Virus record (IMG/VR): IMGVR_UViG_3300037067_018912
Coordinates: 128,001 to 192,000 of that record
Strand: one strand, 5' to 3'
Source of the DNA: a virus
Taxonomy: Duplodnaviria > Caudoviricetes
Length of the DNA stretch: 64,000 bases
This document shows, piece by piece, positions 47,387-57,666 of the stretch. Each line of letters opens with the position of its first letter. The first letter of the stretch is position 1. The position numbers and the translations under genes were made by a program. The notes under the pieces were generated by a model. The model worked only from the letters and a program-made list of their open reading frames with translations, had not been told where the DNA came from and ran no database searches.

Positions 47387-48172
47387 TTATTTATCGTAGA
47401 ACTCCTTTAACTCAATTAATTGATCTTTTATTATTGGTGTCTCAAAATCGGGTTCAAGCATTTTGTTCAACGGTTTCTCCATCTCAAATTTATTAATTAT
47501 ATTAGGTTTTGAATAAACTTCTCCAATAATTTTCAATAAATCGTATTTGCTCAACCCCAATGAACCAACTTGGGTTAATATGAATGCCCCTTTCCAATCT
47601 GAAATAATCACCTCTGCAACCTTACACCACTGCAATGTCGTAATACCATTCCAAAAATAATTGGAATACCCCTTCAAAACTTCATCGTCGTCAGTGCCGA
47701 GAAACCAATCCAATAAAGACAGACTCGTAATCAATTCGTGCCCAATAATTGATGTCCTGATGATCTTGGTGTTCTTAAACTCATCAACAATTAATTTCGA
47801 TATCTCCGCTTTACTTTTACCATAGTCGTCTTCTGCATCCCTCCAATCATTCCATTTATACGTCTTCGGATATGCAAGATAACCCGAAAACTCACAGTCA
47901 GTTGATGGATGAACCACCTTCTTGCCTGTCGTTTCCAAGAATTTTGGTAATTCGACGTTCAAAAATTTATAATATTCGGTGTTGTATTTCTTTTGGGGTA
48001 TAGCACCCACGCAATTCACAATGAATTCGGCATCTGAATTCAGAATTCTGTTCTTATATTCGTCAGAGTCCCATCTTGAACCCTCTATCGTTTCAATATC
48101 GCACTTATTGGTGAAATATTTGTGGACTGCGTTTCCAAGCATTCCGTAGTGACCCAATACCAATAATTTCAT
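47387..48172 (-). CDS. RmlD-like NDP-sugar 4-reductase (FnlB/WbjC-type)
   Basis: LVLGHYGMLG Rossmann motif, HPSTDCEFSG, YGKSK and IRTSIIGHE. Confidence 0.8.
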   Translation of the reverse strand: MKLLVLGHYGMLGNAVHKYFTNKCDIETIEGSRWDSDEYKNRILNSDAEFIVNCVGAIPQKKYNTEYYKFLNVELPKFLETTGKKVVHPSTDCEFSGYLAYPKTYKWNDWRDAEDDYGKSKAEISKLIVDEFKNTKIIRTSIIGHELITSLSLLDWFLGTDDDEVLKGYSNYFWNGITTLQWCKVAEVIISDWKGAFILTQVGSLGLSKYDLLKIIGEVYSKPNIINKFEMEKPLNKMLEPDFETPIIKDQLIELKEFYDK

Positions 48173-48194
48173 GTAACATGTTATTTAATACCTA

Positions 48195-49193
48195 TTATTT
48201 TTCGTTTTTCAAAAAACCGCCTTTGTACAACAATTCGTGGAGAAACTCTTTCCCTTTCAAATTATCAGCAGATGAAAACGTTATAAAATCAACCTCTTCG
48301 CAATTACTTAAATGTGAATAGTCCTTATTCATTTTTATTGAAGGCAATATCACATAATAATTTTCATCAAATTTATATGTATTAACCGATTCATGCTCCG
48401 ATACAAGTACTTCATGTATCTTCTCACCTTCTCTGATGCCAATCTCCTCGATCACGGTATTTTCATTACCATAAACATCAATTAGGACTTCCGCCAAATC
48501 CTTGATGTGAAACGACGGCATGTTCATAACGAACGTCTCCCCCCCGACGCTGTTCTCCGCCGCCTCGAAAAGTAAAGATATTGCTTCCGATAACGTCAGG
48601 AAAAACCTGGTCATTGTGCTATCGGTGATGGTCACCTTGTTCTGTGTTTTTATTTGATTAATGAAATGAGGAACAACACTACCATTCGAACCCAACACAT
48701 TACCACCCCTGATGCAAACAAAATCAGTATCATTGGTCAAATTATTGGCTTGTATTGTCAATTTCTCCCCAACGGATTTCGTCATTCCGTACAGATTTGT
48801 AGGAGAGACCGCCTTATCCGTAGATACGTCGATGAATTTTCTCACTTTGTATTTCATCGCCGAATTTATCAGGTTGATCGTGCCGCCAATGTTCGTCTTT
48901 ATCGCTTCCTGCGGCTGGTTTTCACACACCGGAACGTGCTTCAAGGCAGCAAGATGGAAAACATAATCAATACCACGTTGGAACAACCTGTCTACTGCAT
49001 CAGCATCCCTAACGTCTCCAATCACATATTCAATCCTCGAATCGTTAAACTTCCTCTGCATGTTCACTTGTGCGAGTTCCCCACGGGAAAAGACTATTAT
49101 TTTTCGAGGATTCTTTTCCAATAACTGCATGGTTAGTTCATTACCCCACGAACCAGAACCCCCATCAATCAATATTATTTTATCCTTAAACAT
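48195..49193 (-). CDS. UDP-GlcNAc 4,6-dehydratase (FnlA/CapE/PseB family)
   Basis: GGSGSWG, FHLAALKHVP, STDKAVSPTNLYGMTK, RGGNVLGSNGSVVP, MTRF and GIREGEKIHE. Confidence 0.9.
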   Translation of the reverse strand: MFKDKIILIDGGSGSWGNELTMQLLEKNPRKIIVFSRGELAQVNMQRKFNDSRIEYVIGDVRDADAVDRLFQRGIDYVFHLAALKHVPVCENQPQEAIKTNIGGTINLINSAMKYKVRKFIDVSTDKAVSPTNLYGMTKSVGEKLTIQANNLTNDTDFVCIRGGNVLGSNGSVVPHFINQIKTQNKVTITDSTMTRFFLTLSEAISLLFEAAENSVGGETFVMNMPSFHIKDLAEVLIDVYGNENTVIEEIGIREGEKIHEVLVSEHESVNTYKFDENYYVILPSIKMNKDYSHLSNCEEVDFITFSSADNLKGKEFLHELLYKGGFLKNEK

Positions 49194-49208
49194 AACGGCA
49201 TTTATTTA

Positions 49209-49967
49209 TTAGATTTTTTTTAATCTTTCACCACAATTCAAATGATATATAATTGAATCATTTGAAGTAATGTGCTCCACACCCATCAAACTTAATTTAC
49301 TAAAGAATTCAGTATCACCCGTTTTCTTTATTATATCATATTTACCACCATGTAAATTTCCTTCGGGATAATATCCTGCCATTTCTATCGTATATTTGTA
49401 CAACATTACTGGCATAAAAGCATTTCCAATTGAAACCGTATCTGTTCTTAACTCTTCAACCTTTTTAAGAAACGCATTTTCATCGAAACCGTTTATTGTT
49501 GAACCAAACGGACATATTTCACAAAACGACCCGTTTATCGGATTTCTAAATGGTGTTGGTTGTATTATCCTCGACGAAACTACTGTGGTATACGTCAATC
49601 TTTTTTTTAAATTACTTAACCAATTAGAAGAAAAACAATGATCACTATTAATCAACATTATTATTGGATTTTCGGACATCTTGATTCCGTAATTATATCC
49701 CGCATACACCCGATTTATATACTCCGGATATGCAAATCCCATATTAAATAACTCTTGTTCAGTATAACGCTTATTGTTGTTGACAAAATGTGGATAATTT
49801 CTCTCTTTTAAAAAATTCAACACTTCTTCGGTGGCATCATTGGCAATAAAATAAAACTCCGCCTCTCCATTATGAAGTTCCGGCGTATATTTCATAAGAT
49901 TATTATACAGAAATTCAGCAAATTCTGTCGATTGGTATATCAATGATATGATTGATACCTTCTCCAT
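49209..49967 (-). CDS. GT-A (GT2-like) glycosyltransferase
   Basis: VSIISLIY start, IMLINSDHCFSSNWL and C-terminal IIYH. Confidence 0.6.
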   Translation of the reverse strand: MEKVSIISLIYQSTEFAEFLYNNLMKYTPELHNGEAEFYFIANDATEEVLNFLKERNYPHFVNNNKRYTEQELFNMGFAYPEYINRVYAGYNYGIKMSENPIIMLINSDHCFSSNWLSNLKKRLTYTTVVSSRIIQPTPFRNPINGSFCEICPFGSTINGFDENAFLKKVEELRTDTVSIGNAFMPVMLYKYTIEMAGYYPEGNLHGGKYDIIKKTGDTEFFSKLSLMGVEHITSNDSIIYHLNCGERLKKI

Positions 49968-49969
49968 TC

Positions 49970-50602
49970 CTACTTTTTTTTTATTGCAACGAACACCTTA
50001 CCTATAAGGAAAATTTCATAACCTAACTTCTTATAAACCTCCGGATTTAATCCTATTTTGTGTTCCTCATTTGAATTACCCGATTTACGCACATGAAATG
50101 TATTATCATGATATCCAACCGGACCACCCAAAACAGCATATTTCGTAAACGTCTTTTCAATATTCTCCAATACTTTGTCGTGTTCCTCTTGGGTTAGATG
50201 CTCCAAAACGTGGTGACAAATTACCACATCATATTTTTCATTAAAATCATATTTCGTAATATCGACTTGTTCATAAACCCCTTTAGGTCCAAATTCATTT
50301 CTCCAATCAATATTTGGTTTGAATATATCCAATCCTTTAATTTCCTTATCGCCGAATATATTCAACAATATATCCTGCACCTTATAATCAAATTTAGAAT
50401 CAAGAAAAGAACCACACCCCAAATCCAATACAGTACGCACCTGAGAAAGGTTCATTCCTCGTCTTAGAATTTTCATCACATCTAAATTAGTCACCGTTTG
50501 TTGATTAATGTTTGATGTGGGTTTCATCCCTTTTGGCGTCAAAATCTCCTTAGTGGGACTATAATTCTTACCATATGCTCTTATTTTATCCCCGTCTTTC
50601 AT
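49970..50602 (-). CDS. Class I SAM-dependent methyltransferase
   Basis: VLDLGCG, GLDIF and YDVVICHHVLEHL. Confidence 0.8.
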   Translation of the reverse strand: MKDGDKIRAYGKNYSPTKEILTPKGMKPTSNINQQTVTNLDVMKILRRGMNLSQVRTVLDLGCGSFLDSKFDYKVQDILLNIFGDKEIKGLDIFKPNIDWRNEFGPKGVYEQVDITKYDFNEKYDVVICHHVLEHLTQEEHDKVLENIEKTFTKYAVLGGPVGYHDNTFHVRKSGNSNEEHKIGLNPEVYKKLGYEIFLIGKVFVAIKKK

Positions 50603-50606
50603 TTCT

Positions 50607-51440
50607 TTATTTGCTGTTTACATAATCCTCCCACAACTTCTTGCCTGCAATTCTGTCCCACTTGTGTTCAAAAATCGCATCCCTTGGGTTGTCACCTACC
50701 TCGAAATCCTTTTCAATGTTGACGATTTTTCTCTGTTTGAGATTACACGACATTCCCTCGTACTCGACGATATAATACGGTCTTAATAGGCTTGCAGACA
50801 ACTGAAAATCAGCCAAGTTCATTAATTCAGCCATTTTTTGTTGGTTCACCAAGACGTGCTGTTGGCAATATCCAATAAAACTACCTTGCGACGGATACCA
50901 CACAATGATCCAATAAATATTCGGATTCTCGTTTGCATATTTTTGAAAATTCTGTATACCTTTCATTGGATGCATTGTCCCGCACCAAAATCCAACTTCT
51001 TTATCCAACGGCACATTGTATTTCAATTTCAATTTATATTTCTCCTCGTCAGAATATGGTTTGAATAGGTCGGTGTTCACACCGATAGGCAGGATGTCGA
51101 CCTTACCAAACTGTTCATAAAACGGTATGGAGAATTTTGATGCGACTGTGATCCTATCAGAATGTTTGGCAGTTTCATATGTTTTTTGAATGAAACCGTC
51201 CCATTGATTTCCACCCAAAACTTTTTTCATTTCAGGATACAACTCCCAACACAACGCAATAACATTTGCGGGTTTAGCATTTAACGCCCCACATGTTGAA
51301 TATCTCAACACAACGTCATCATCATTATATTTCGGCGGAAGACTGAAAGATATGTTGTTGAAATTTCTTTCAAACCATACCCAAAAAGTCTCTTCCCCAT
51401 ATGCGCATTTCAGTCCATTGACTGGTGATAAGTATATCAT
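50607..51440 (-). CDS. GT-B (GT4-like) glycosyltransferase
   Basis: ITVASKFS, ILPIGVNTDLFKP, GTMHPMKG and ELMNLAD...VEYEGMSCN. Confidence 0.7.
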   Translation of the reverse strand: MIYLSPVNGLKCAYGEETFWVWFERNFNNISFSLPPKYNDDDVVLRYSTCGALNAKPANVIALCWELYPEMKKVLGGNQWDGFIQKTYETAKHSDRITVASKFSIPFYEQFGKVDILPIGVNTDLFKPYSDEEKYKLKLKYNVPLDKEVGFWCGTMHPMKGIQNFQKYANENPNIYWIIVWYPSQGSFIGYCQQHVLVNQQKMAELMNLADFQLSASLLRPYYIVEYEGMSCNLKQRKIVNIEKDFEVGDNPRDAIFEHKWDRIAGKKLWEDYVNSK

Positions 51441-51976
51441 TTCTTTAAAAATTTAAGTACCCTTCTATCATTTTTCCTCGTTACAATTGTTATTCCGGCA
51501 ACCCCGACGGGAAGTGTGATATAATTCAACTCCGGATGTGTTTCATCCAACCATTCGTGAATTTTATAAGAATCGCCACAAAAGTATTGATCGACATATT
51601 TTTCCTCATAAGGATCGGTGTCGTGTAAAAAGATGATGCCGTGCTCGTTCAAACATTTCAATGAATTCTCGAAATCCTTTTTCACTTGTTCAAAATGATG
51701 ATCAGCATCTATAAAAACAACATCCACTCTTTCAGTGAAATTTTGGAAAAATCCATCAGTGGTCGTCTTATGAAACTCAAAATCTTTAAACAGCAAGTTG
51801 TCGTTGACATCAACACCGATGCACCTTCTACAAAACCTCCTGACCTCCCTGATGTTCAATCCTTGCAACACCCCCAATTCCAAATATGTTTCACACCCAG
51901 TCACTTCCACGATTTTTGAAATGAGTGTGGGGTGCAACTCGAACTTTGAATAAATATATGCAAACCTGTCTGTCAT
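51437..51976 (-). CDS. Methyltransferase (Methyltransf_24-like)
   Basis: YLELGV, VFIDADHHFEQVKKDF and GIIFLHD. Confidence 0.8.
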   Translation of the reverse strand: MTDRFAYIYSKFELHPTLISKIVEVTGCETYLELGVLQGLNIREVRRFCRRCIGVDVNDNLLFKDFEFHKTTTDGFFQNFTERVDVVFIDADHHFEQVKKDFENSLKCLNEHGIIFLHDTDPYEEKYVDQYFCGDSYKIHEWLDETHPELNYITLPVGVAGITIVTRKNDRRVLKFLKK

Positions 51977-53079
51977 ACCTTTCCCAATAATATATTAATC
52001 ACCGTATCCGACACATTACAAACCTGATAATCATCAGGAACACTCCAAATATTGCTTCTTTTCATTGTTGTATTGAATGCTTCAACAATATTCCAAGTCT
52101 TCGTGCCACACAATACATTCGATCCGCATTCGATGGTCTCCTGCCTCTCAGTGCTCTCTCTTATCGTCAAAGCCGGAACACCTAAAATGCAACACTCCTC
52201 CTGCACTGTCCCACTGTCCGTGATGACACATCTCGCTGATCTCTCTAAACTTATAAAATCAAAAAAACCGAGAGGTTGTGAAACCGTCACCTTGTCACCC
52301 AATTTTAAACTAAATAGTTCTATTTTACTTTTCGTCCTTGGGTGCAAGGAAACCACAACCTCAATGTTATTTGAAATCAAATTCAATGCATCAACAATGT
52401 TTCTTAAAACATCAACATCATCAACATTCTCACAACGATGTGCGGTTACAAGAACAAAATCTTTGATTTTTTTTGTTTTTATGTCCTGCAATCCCCATTC
52501 GAATAACATTATACTATCATCGATCTGTGGCTTGTATTTGTTCATCACTTCGTAAATCGGATTACCCGTCTTGAACACAAAATTCTTATGAAAACCTTCA
52601 TTCAAGAGATTCTGTTTACTGTTCTCAGTGTACGGAAGGTTATATTTCGACACAGAATCGATTATTTTTCTGTTTGTCTCCTCTGGCAGCCTACTGTCGT
52701 AACACCGATTTCCCGCTTCCATATGATACACAGGGATTTTATGTTTTTCGGCCACGATCGACAACAACCCCGAATTGGTATCGCCCAAAACCAATATCTT
52801 ATTAGGTTTTTCGAATAATAAAATATTTTCAAATTCAATAACTGCATTACCGAAAAATTCACCAAACGTCCCACCTCCCCTTTTAAAATAATAATCGGGT
52901 TTTCTTATCTTCAAGTCTTGAAAGAATTTCGTACTTAAATTATAATCATAATTCTGATTAGTATATACCAAGACGTGGTCAACCAATGCATCCAATTTTT
53001 CGATTATGATACTCAACCTAATCAACTCAGGTCTCGTCCCGGTTATTGTAAGCACTTTCATTGTTTTATTATATATCAT
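51973..53079 (-). CDS. Non-hydrolysing UDP-sugar 2-epimerase (WecB family, FnlC/WbjD-like)
   Basis: GTRPELIRL, LGDTNS, HMEAGNRCYD..LPEETNR, TDSGTVQEE and TERQE. Confidence 0.9.
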   Translation of the reverse strand: MIYNKTMKVLTITGTRPELIRLSIIIEKLDALVDHVLVYTNQNYDYNLSTKFFQDLKIRKPDYYFKRGGGTFGEFFGNAVIEFENILLFEKPNKILVLGDTNSGLLSIVAEKHKIPVYHMEAGNRCYDSRLPEETNRKIIDSVSKYNLPYTENSKQNLLNEGFHKNFVFKTGNPIYEVMNKYKPQIDDSIMLFEWGLQDIKTKKIKDFVLVTAHRCENVDDVDVLRNIVDALNLISNNIEVVVSLHPRTKSKIELFSLKLGDKVTVSQPLGFFDFISLERSARCVITDSGTVQEECCILGVPALTIRESTERQETIECGSNVLCGTKTWNIVEAFNTTMKRSNIWSVPDDYQVCNVSDTVINILLGKV

Positions 53080-53884
53080 TCTTTATCACCAAGTTATTTT
53101 CTGCGTAAATCTTATTCTCTTTTGAAGTTACATTGAAAAATAACTGCTTATTCCTCTCATGCAACGCATGTGCATTTGGAATTTGATAACTGACCCCTGT
53201 ATGATATTGATGAAGTGCGGTTAATTCATCAATTATTTTTATATTCATCTTGTTTCTTCCAATCCTGGTGATAAAATCATTATCGTCGTATGCCACTCCT
53301 TTTGCGAATCTTTCATCAAACCCATTCAGTCCGTCGAGTTTCTTCTTATGCATCGCAGAGCAGAAATGATATGCCACTGGCCTGTATCTTGTATGATTAT
53401 ACCAACCCGGAATTCCTTCCTGACGGAACACAGACTCCACATAAGGCAAAACCACTTTCTTACATTCTTCAATTATGTTATTGTAATTCAAACCATTCAT
53501 TGCATCAGTCTGTGCCTTTGTCAAAGCATATACAGAAAATGAAAAATAATCATTCTCCCTTAAATTGTCTTTCACATACGACAACACATCCCCAAAATGA
53601 AAACATTCCGGATTTTGAATTACAACAATCTCCCCGGCGGCTTTCTTAAAACCAATATTAAATGGAATACATGGATTTACATACCACCTATCCGCTTTTT
53701 CCAAACGAACCACTTGAAGAAAAGGAAATTCATTTATCAAATCCTCGATCCTTTGATTCTCTGAACTACAATCATCAACAGCAATTACCTCAAAATCTTT
53801 AAAATTCGATAATGAAATGGATTTCAATGTTCTCCTGAACAAATCCTTCCTGTTAAAATATGCTGTTACAATTGAAATTTTCAT
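53069..53884 (-). CDS. GT2 glycosyltransferase
   Basis: ISIVTAYFNR, EVIAVDDCS and GFDERF..G.AYDDNDF. Confidence 0.8.
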   Translation of the reverse strand: MKISIVTAYFNRKDLFRRTLKSISLSNFKDFEVIAVDDCSSENQRIEDLINEFPFLQVVRLEKADRWYVNPCIPFNIGFKKAAGEIVVIQNPECFHFGDVLSYVKDNLRENDYFSFSVYALTKAQTDAMNGLNYNNIIEECKKVVLPYVESVFRQEGIPGWYNHTRYRPVAYHFCSAMHKKKLDGLNGFDERFAKGVAYDDNDFITRIGRNKMNIKIIDELTALHQYHTGVSYQIPNAHALHERNKQLFFNVTSKENKIYAENNLVIKNDI

Positions 53885-54906
53885 TCGTCAATAAAATTGA
53901 TGGTTTTCATATCGCTATCTTTAGGATCAATGTTGTTGACACCCCCGTGCATTTTCGATTCGTTCAAGCCTATGTTTTTCACATACGAAAATGGTGTCCT
54001 GTATATCATACAACCCATCACATTTATCTTCGTGGTCATTTGTTGCCACACCCCGGCACTAATGTTCTTATTATGTTGCCACCTCGATTTATCGATTGCA
54101 TCTATCTTATAATCAATCAATTTAATAAACTCAATGTCATACAACCCACCTCCATCAACCCACTGCTTATATCCCCAAACAAAAACATTGTCATTCAAGT
54201 AGTCCTTCTTATAATGATGATAGGAAACACACAACACTTTGTTATTCTCCGTCTTCACCCGATAGTACTCAGTCATCAACCTGTCAAGGAAATCCTTACA
54301 AAGCATGAAATCATCATCAATTTGAAGGATCGAATTGGTGGAATATTTCCTCACTTCCTCAAGACCTTTCGTAATTGTCCGCCAATACCCCCCTTTACCA
54401 TAATTTTCCTCGTTCTTGAGATGAACCAATTCTGGAAATATTGTTGTTAAAGCATCATATCTCTCGTCAGACGAATAATCATCAACCAAAACAACCTTGA
54501 ACTTATATTCTGTCTTCTGCCTGTATAATTGTACCAATAATTCATACACCATATCGAACCTGTCATACGAAGTCACCATTACCACGGTGTCGTAATCAAC
54601 ATTCATGTTCCTCTCGTATGGTTTTGTAAATAGTTTGGCAACCGCTTCCCATAACCTATAATATTTTGGAAGTATGACTCCACTCCGCCTTTCCTCACGT
54701 GTCATCGGCCTATTCCCATCATCAACAATCCGGTACATCTGTTCATTAGCCACCACCGGAGGTTTACCACCACTTCCCAAAACCCTTTTCCAATCCCTCT
54801 TATTCATTGATCCAGTTTCTTTAAACACCAATTCCTGCCGCTTGTTACGATTAATCTCGATTCTTTTTTTTATCGCTTTCTTTATGTCGACACCCCTTCG
54901 TTTCAT
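53881..54906 (-). CDS. GT2-like glycosyltransferase with basic N-terminal extension
   Basis: VMVTSYDR, LVDDYS, ENYGKGG and LQIDDD. Confidence 0.7.
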   Translation of the reverse strand: MKRRGVDIKKAIKKRIEINRNKRQELVFKETGSMNKRDWKRVLGSGGKPPVVANEQMYRIVDDGNRPMTREERRSGVILPKYYRLWEAVAKLFTKPYERNMNVDYDTVVMVTSYDRFDMVYELLVQLYRQKTEYKFKVVLVDDYSSDERYDALTTIFPELVHLKNEENYGKGGYWRTITKGLEEVRKYSTNSILQIDDDFMLCKDFLDRLMTEYYRVKTENNKVLCVSYHHYKKDYLNDNVFVWGYKQWVDGGGLYDIEFIKLIDYKIDAIDKSRWQHNKNISAGVWQQMTTKINVMGCMIYRTPFSYVKNIGLNESKMHGGVNNIDPKDSDMKTINFIDE

Positions 54907-54907
54907 A

Positions 54908-55594
54908 TTAATAATTCAACACAGTGTAATTGATATTCTTACGTTCTCTGAAATACTTCGGAAACTTCTTGTATTGAATCGTATCATGCTCGACCGTAAT
55001 ATTTTCTATCTTTTTTAAGAAGAATCCGTTCTCCCTCATCCTCTTATTTAATTCAAAATCCCAATACACATTCGAAGTTGGGTCTTCCACCCAAAAATTT
55101 ATCTTGTCTACGACACTCCTCCTTTGCATATTGACACACGTCACCATACGGGCGTCCCCGAAGATAACCCCATTGTGTTCCTGTTTATTTATTATATCGA
55201 TCACCGTACCCACACCAATTCTCTTGAGCATCAACTGCCCGATTATTGGGAACACATCCATTATCTCCACCATTTTAGCAAGGAAATCTTGTGTCATTGG
55301 AGTACAATCGTTGTCCCATTGCATAGTATAGATACAATCCTCGTCAAGATTCTCATATCCAAGTTTTGTACCACCAAAATCGCCGAGATTCACATCAGAA
55401 AACAACGGTTTGATCTTGTAATACCCTTCAATCTCTAAAGATTTTAACCACTGTCTTGTACCATCACTGCTTGCGTTGTCTATAACGATCAATTTATAAT
55501 CGTCATATCCTGCCAAACGATCGATCTCCCTAATAGTATGAACCGTATATTCCAAACGATTGAACGCTCTTATTATGATATTTACCTTTGCCAT
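54908..55594 (-). CDS. GT2 glycosyltransferase
   Basis: IIIRAFNR, VIDNASSDGT, NLG and QWDND. Confidence 0.8.
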   Translation of the reverse strand: MAKVNIIIRAFNRLEYTVHTIREIDRLAGYDDYKLIVIDNASSDGTRQWLKSLEIEGYYKIKPLFSDVNLGDFGGTKLGYENLDEDCIYTMQWDNDCTPMTQDFLAKMVEIMDVFPIIGQLMLKRIGVGTVIDIINKQEHNGVIFGDARMVTCVNMQRRSVVDKINFWVEDPTSNVYWDFELNKRMRENGFFLKKIENITVEHDTIQYKKFPKYFRERKNINYTVLNY

Positions 55595-55628
55595 ATGATT
55601 TTACCTTAAATACTTACCCGTCTTCTTT

Positions 55629-56306
55629 TTATGCGAATTTTATTGTATTCATCAAGTCAGTCTGAACCTTATCGTTGAACTTGAACTCATCAAAGATTGT
55701 TTTCTCCCCGACCTCGGCTTGATATGTTAAATAATTCGATTTGTGTTCAAGGCAAACAATTCTTATACCCTTTTCATTAGCAAATTTTGCCAACCAAATG
55801 TCTGCCATATTAGGGTGCTTGATGTCCTTATGTGAAAATTTTAAGAGATTGGTGTGAAACATGGCAACCCCGCTCCCGCCGAGATGAACAAAAACGTCCT
55901 TATCAACATTCCCCAAACAATGATAATTGTAATGCGGCGATCTGTAATATGATGCAACCGGATATCCTGTGAATGACCTTCCATGTAAGGACACAATATA
56001 TTGACCACCATATAAATGAAATTTGGCAATCATATATTCTGCATAATTGGGAGGATAAACGAGATCGTCGTCGATGGTAAAGTAATATCCGTCAGAATCT
56101 TCTAATTTCAAGAACTTGAAGCCATCCCCGATTGAATTATCGGTGATGAAACAATTTATTTTGGAATCATTTACAAACCTGTCGGGAATTCTATCATGGG
56201 AATTCAATGCAATATTGATCTCATCGGCCTGATTGTAAATTGAATCAATTGTTTTAAATAAACACTCATCCCTTTTGTAAGTGGCGACATTAAAAATCCT
56301 TTTCAT
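55629..56306 (-). CDS. GT-A glycosyltransferase
   Basis: NVATYKR, YYFTIDDDLVYP, GGSG and MADIW. Confidence 0.7.
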   Translation of the reverse strand: MKRIFNVATYKRDECLFKTIDSIYNQADEINIALNSHDRIPDRFVNDSKINCFITDNSIGDGFKFLKLEDSDGYYFTIDDDLVYPPNYAEYMIAKFHLYGGQYIVSLHGRSFTGYPVASYYRSPHYNYHCLGNVDKDVFVHLGGSGVAMFHTNLLKFSHKDIKHPNMADIWLAKFANEKGIRIVCLEHKSNYLTYQAEVGEKTIFDEFKFNDKVQTDLMNTIKFA

Positions 56307-56312
56307 CTAACA

Positions 56313-57611
56313 TTAAACGTTCAACGGCGACCTCCCATTGTTTGCCATGCCCTGCGTCCGGGTAAGCACCAAGTTGATCCACCTCTGCTGTAATTTTTTA
56401 ACGAGTTTACTTATAACCCTATAATCCCCATAACTCCACGAACCCCAATCAACCGGGAGGTGCTTGCTATGAAACATAAAACCGATCCCAGAGATATTGC
56501 CCGGCACTACTTTGCCGAAATTGGCATCGCTTGGAACGATCCACCCATTGTTAATGTCCACCCTCCAAAAAATGATTTGATCTTCGTGTTCGATGTGATT
56601 CACGATGATTTTCAAGGAATTTTGATGCACGAACTTATCGTCGTCGTCCAAATACATCACCCACCCTTCCTTCACACACGTCCCCAATTCATTCAAATGT
56701 AAATTCCAAGGAGCAGGATACGTGCCAATGTCTGGTTTGGGGTGTTGAACCTCCTTGGGTGTGAGCCTGATGCAATTGTAATAATCACAATCCACGTCAG
56801 TGCCCACGATATGATTGATTTTTTTATATGTTTGATCAAGCACTGACTGCCTACAAACCTTGAAAAATTCCGGCCTTTCGTGCGTCCTTGTTAGGATATT
56901 CACAAGAACGTCGTTGTTATCCTCATATTCCGAATAAAAAATTGGCAGTTCGGCCTTATATTTTTCTGCAAACTGTAAACGATTTGCTTCCCACTGTTGG
57001 TTAGTCATACCAACCGACTGATGCAACACTCTAATATCGGTCGTGACACCTATATTGCAACCATCAAGATAATTCGGAACACAGAAACTCAAATCATAGA
57101 AATGAAATCCTTTAAAATCTTCGTCAAATTGATGAGTAACGCTATTACAATCGGCGGCCATAAAGACCCCATCAACAAGTATAACCGGAGTTGTCTTTCC
57201 TTTCATCGGGGGAGCGTACTCGCTCGTCCAAACAGTGTATCCGTCGGTGTGCTCCACAACTCCAAACATTTTCGACCTATCTTCCCACCACCTACCATTA
57301 TCATGTAGATAGGTCGTCCCGGCAACCCCAATGATTTGAAAATCAGAATTGTTAAATTTCGACAACAACAGTCTACCCCAATTTTGGGTTTTGATTGTGA
57401 TGTCGTTATGGCAAAATACAAATATGGCTGTGTCGTTGTTATGTTCCCGGATCGCTTGGTTGTAAACTTGCGGCAGGGAATATTGATTGAAATTCGGATA
57501 GCAGACGGTTATATGTTTTGCGCCTATCGTGTCGTCAATATGCTTAATAAATTTGTTGTTCTCCCCCTCCGTCCGGTGGGAGGAGAACACCACAACAATG
57601 TTGTCTTTCAT
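56313..57611 (-). CDS. Two-domain GT-A glycosyltransferase
   Basis: N-domain with YNQAI, FCHND, VDGVF and FHFYD. C-domain VNILTRT..RP...YLDDDD is paralogous to the first domain of 45811-47385. Start reassigned to ATG 57611 because a promoter overlaps the longer ORF start. Confidence 0.75.
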   Translation of the reverse strand: MKDNIVVVFSSHRTEGENNKFIKHIDDTIGAKHITVCYPNFNQYSLPQVYNQAIREHNNDTAIFVFCHNDITIKTQNWGRLLLSKFNNSDFQIIGVAGTTYLHDNGRWWEDRSKMFGVVEHTDGYTVWTSEYAPPMKGKTTPVILVDGVFMAADCNSVTHQFDEDFKGFHFYDLSFCVPNYLDGCNIGVTTDIRVLHQSVGMTNQQWEANRLQFAEKYKAELPIFYSEYEDNNDVLVNILTRTHERPEFFKVCRQSVLDQTYKKINHIVGTDVDCDYYNCIRLTPKEVQHPKPDIGTYPAPWNLHLNELGTCVKEGWVMYLDDDDKFVHQNSLKIIVNHIEHEDQIIFWRVDINNGWIVPSDANFGKVVPGNISGIGFMFHSKHLPVDWGSWSYGDYRVISKLVKKLQQRWINLVLTRTQGMANNGRSPLNV

Positions 57612-57632
57612 AAATCTGCATTTTACCAATAA

Positions 57633-57664
57633 CAAATCTAACACATAAAAACCAAAATGTCAAG
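57633..57664 (-). promoter_or_regulatory. Bacteroidota-type promoter for the glycosylation island
   Basis: Minus strand CTTG (57664-57661), 20-nt spacer, TAGATTTG (57640-57633). Confidence 0.55.
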
Positions 57665-57666
57665 GA

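Noticed and set aside
44570-57611. Bacterial O-antigen/capsule locus (i.e. the window is host chromosome)
   Set aside because: No wzx/wzy/wzz, ABC exporter or initiating transferase is present. The island is flanked by phage head and baseplate genes on the same strand.
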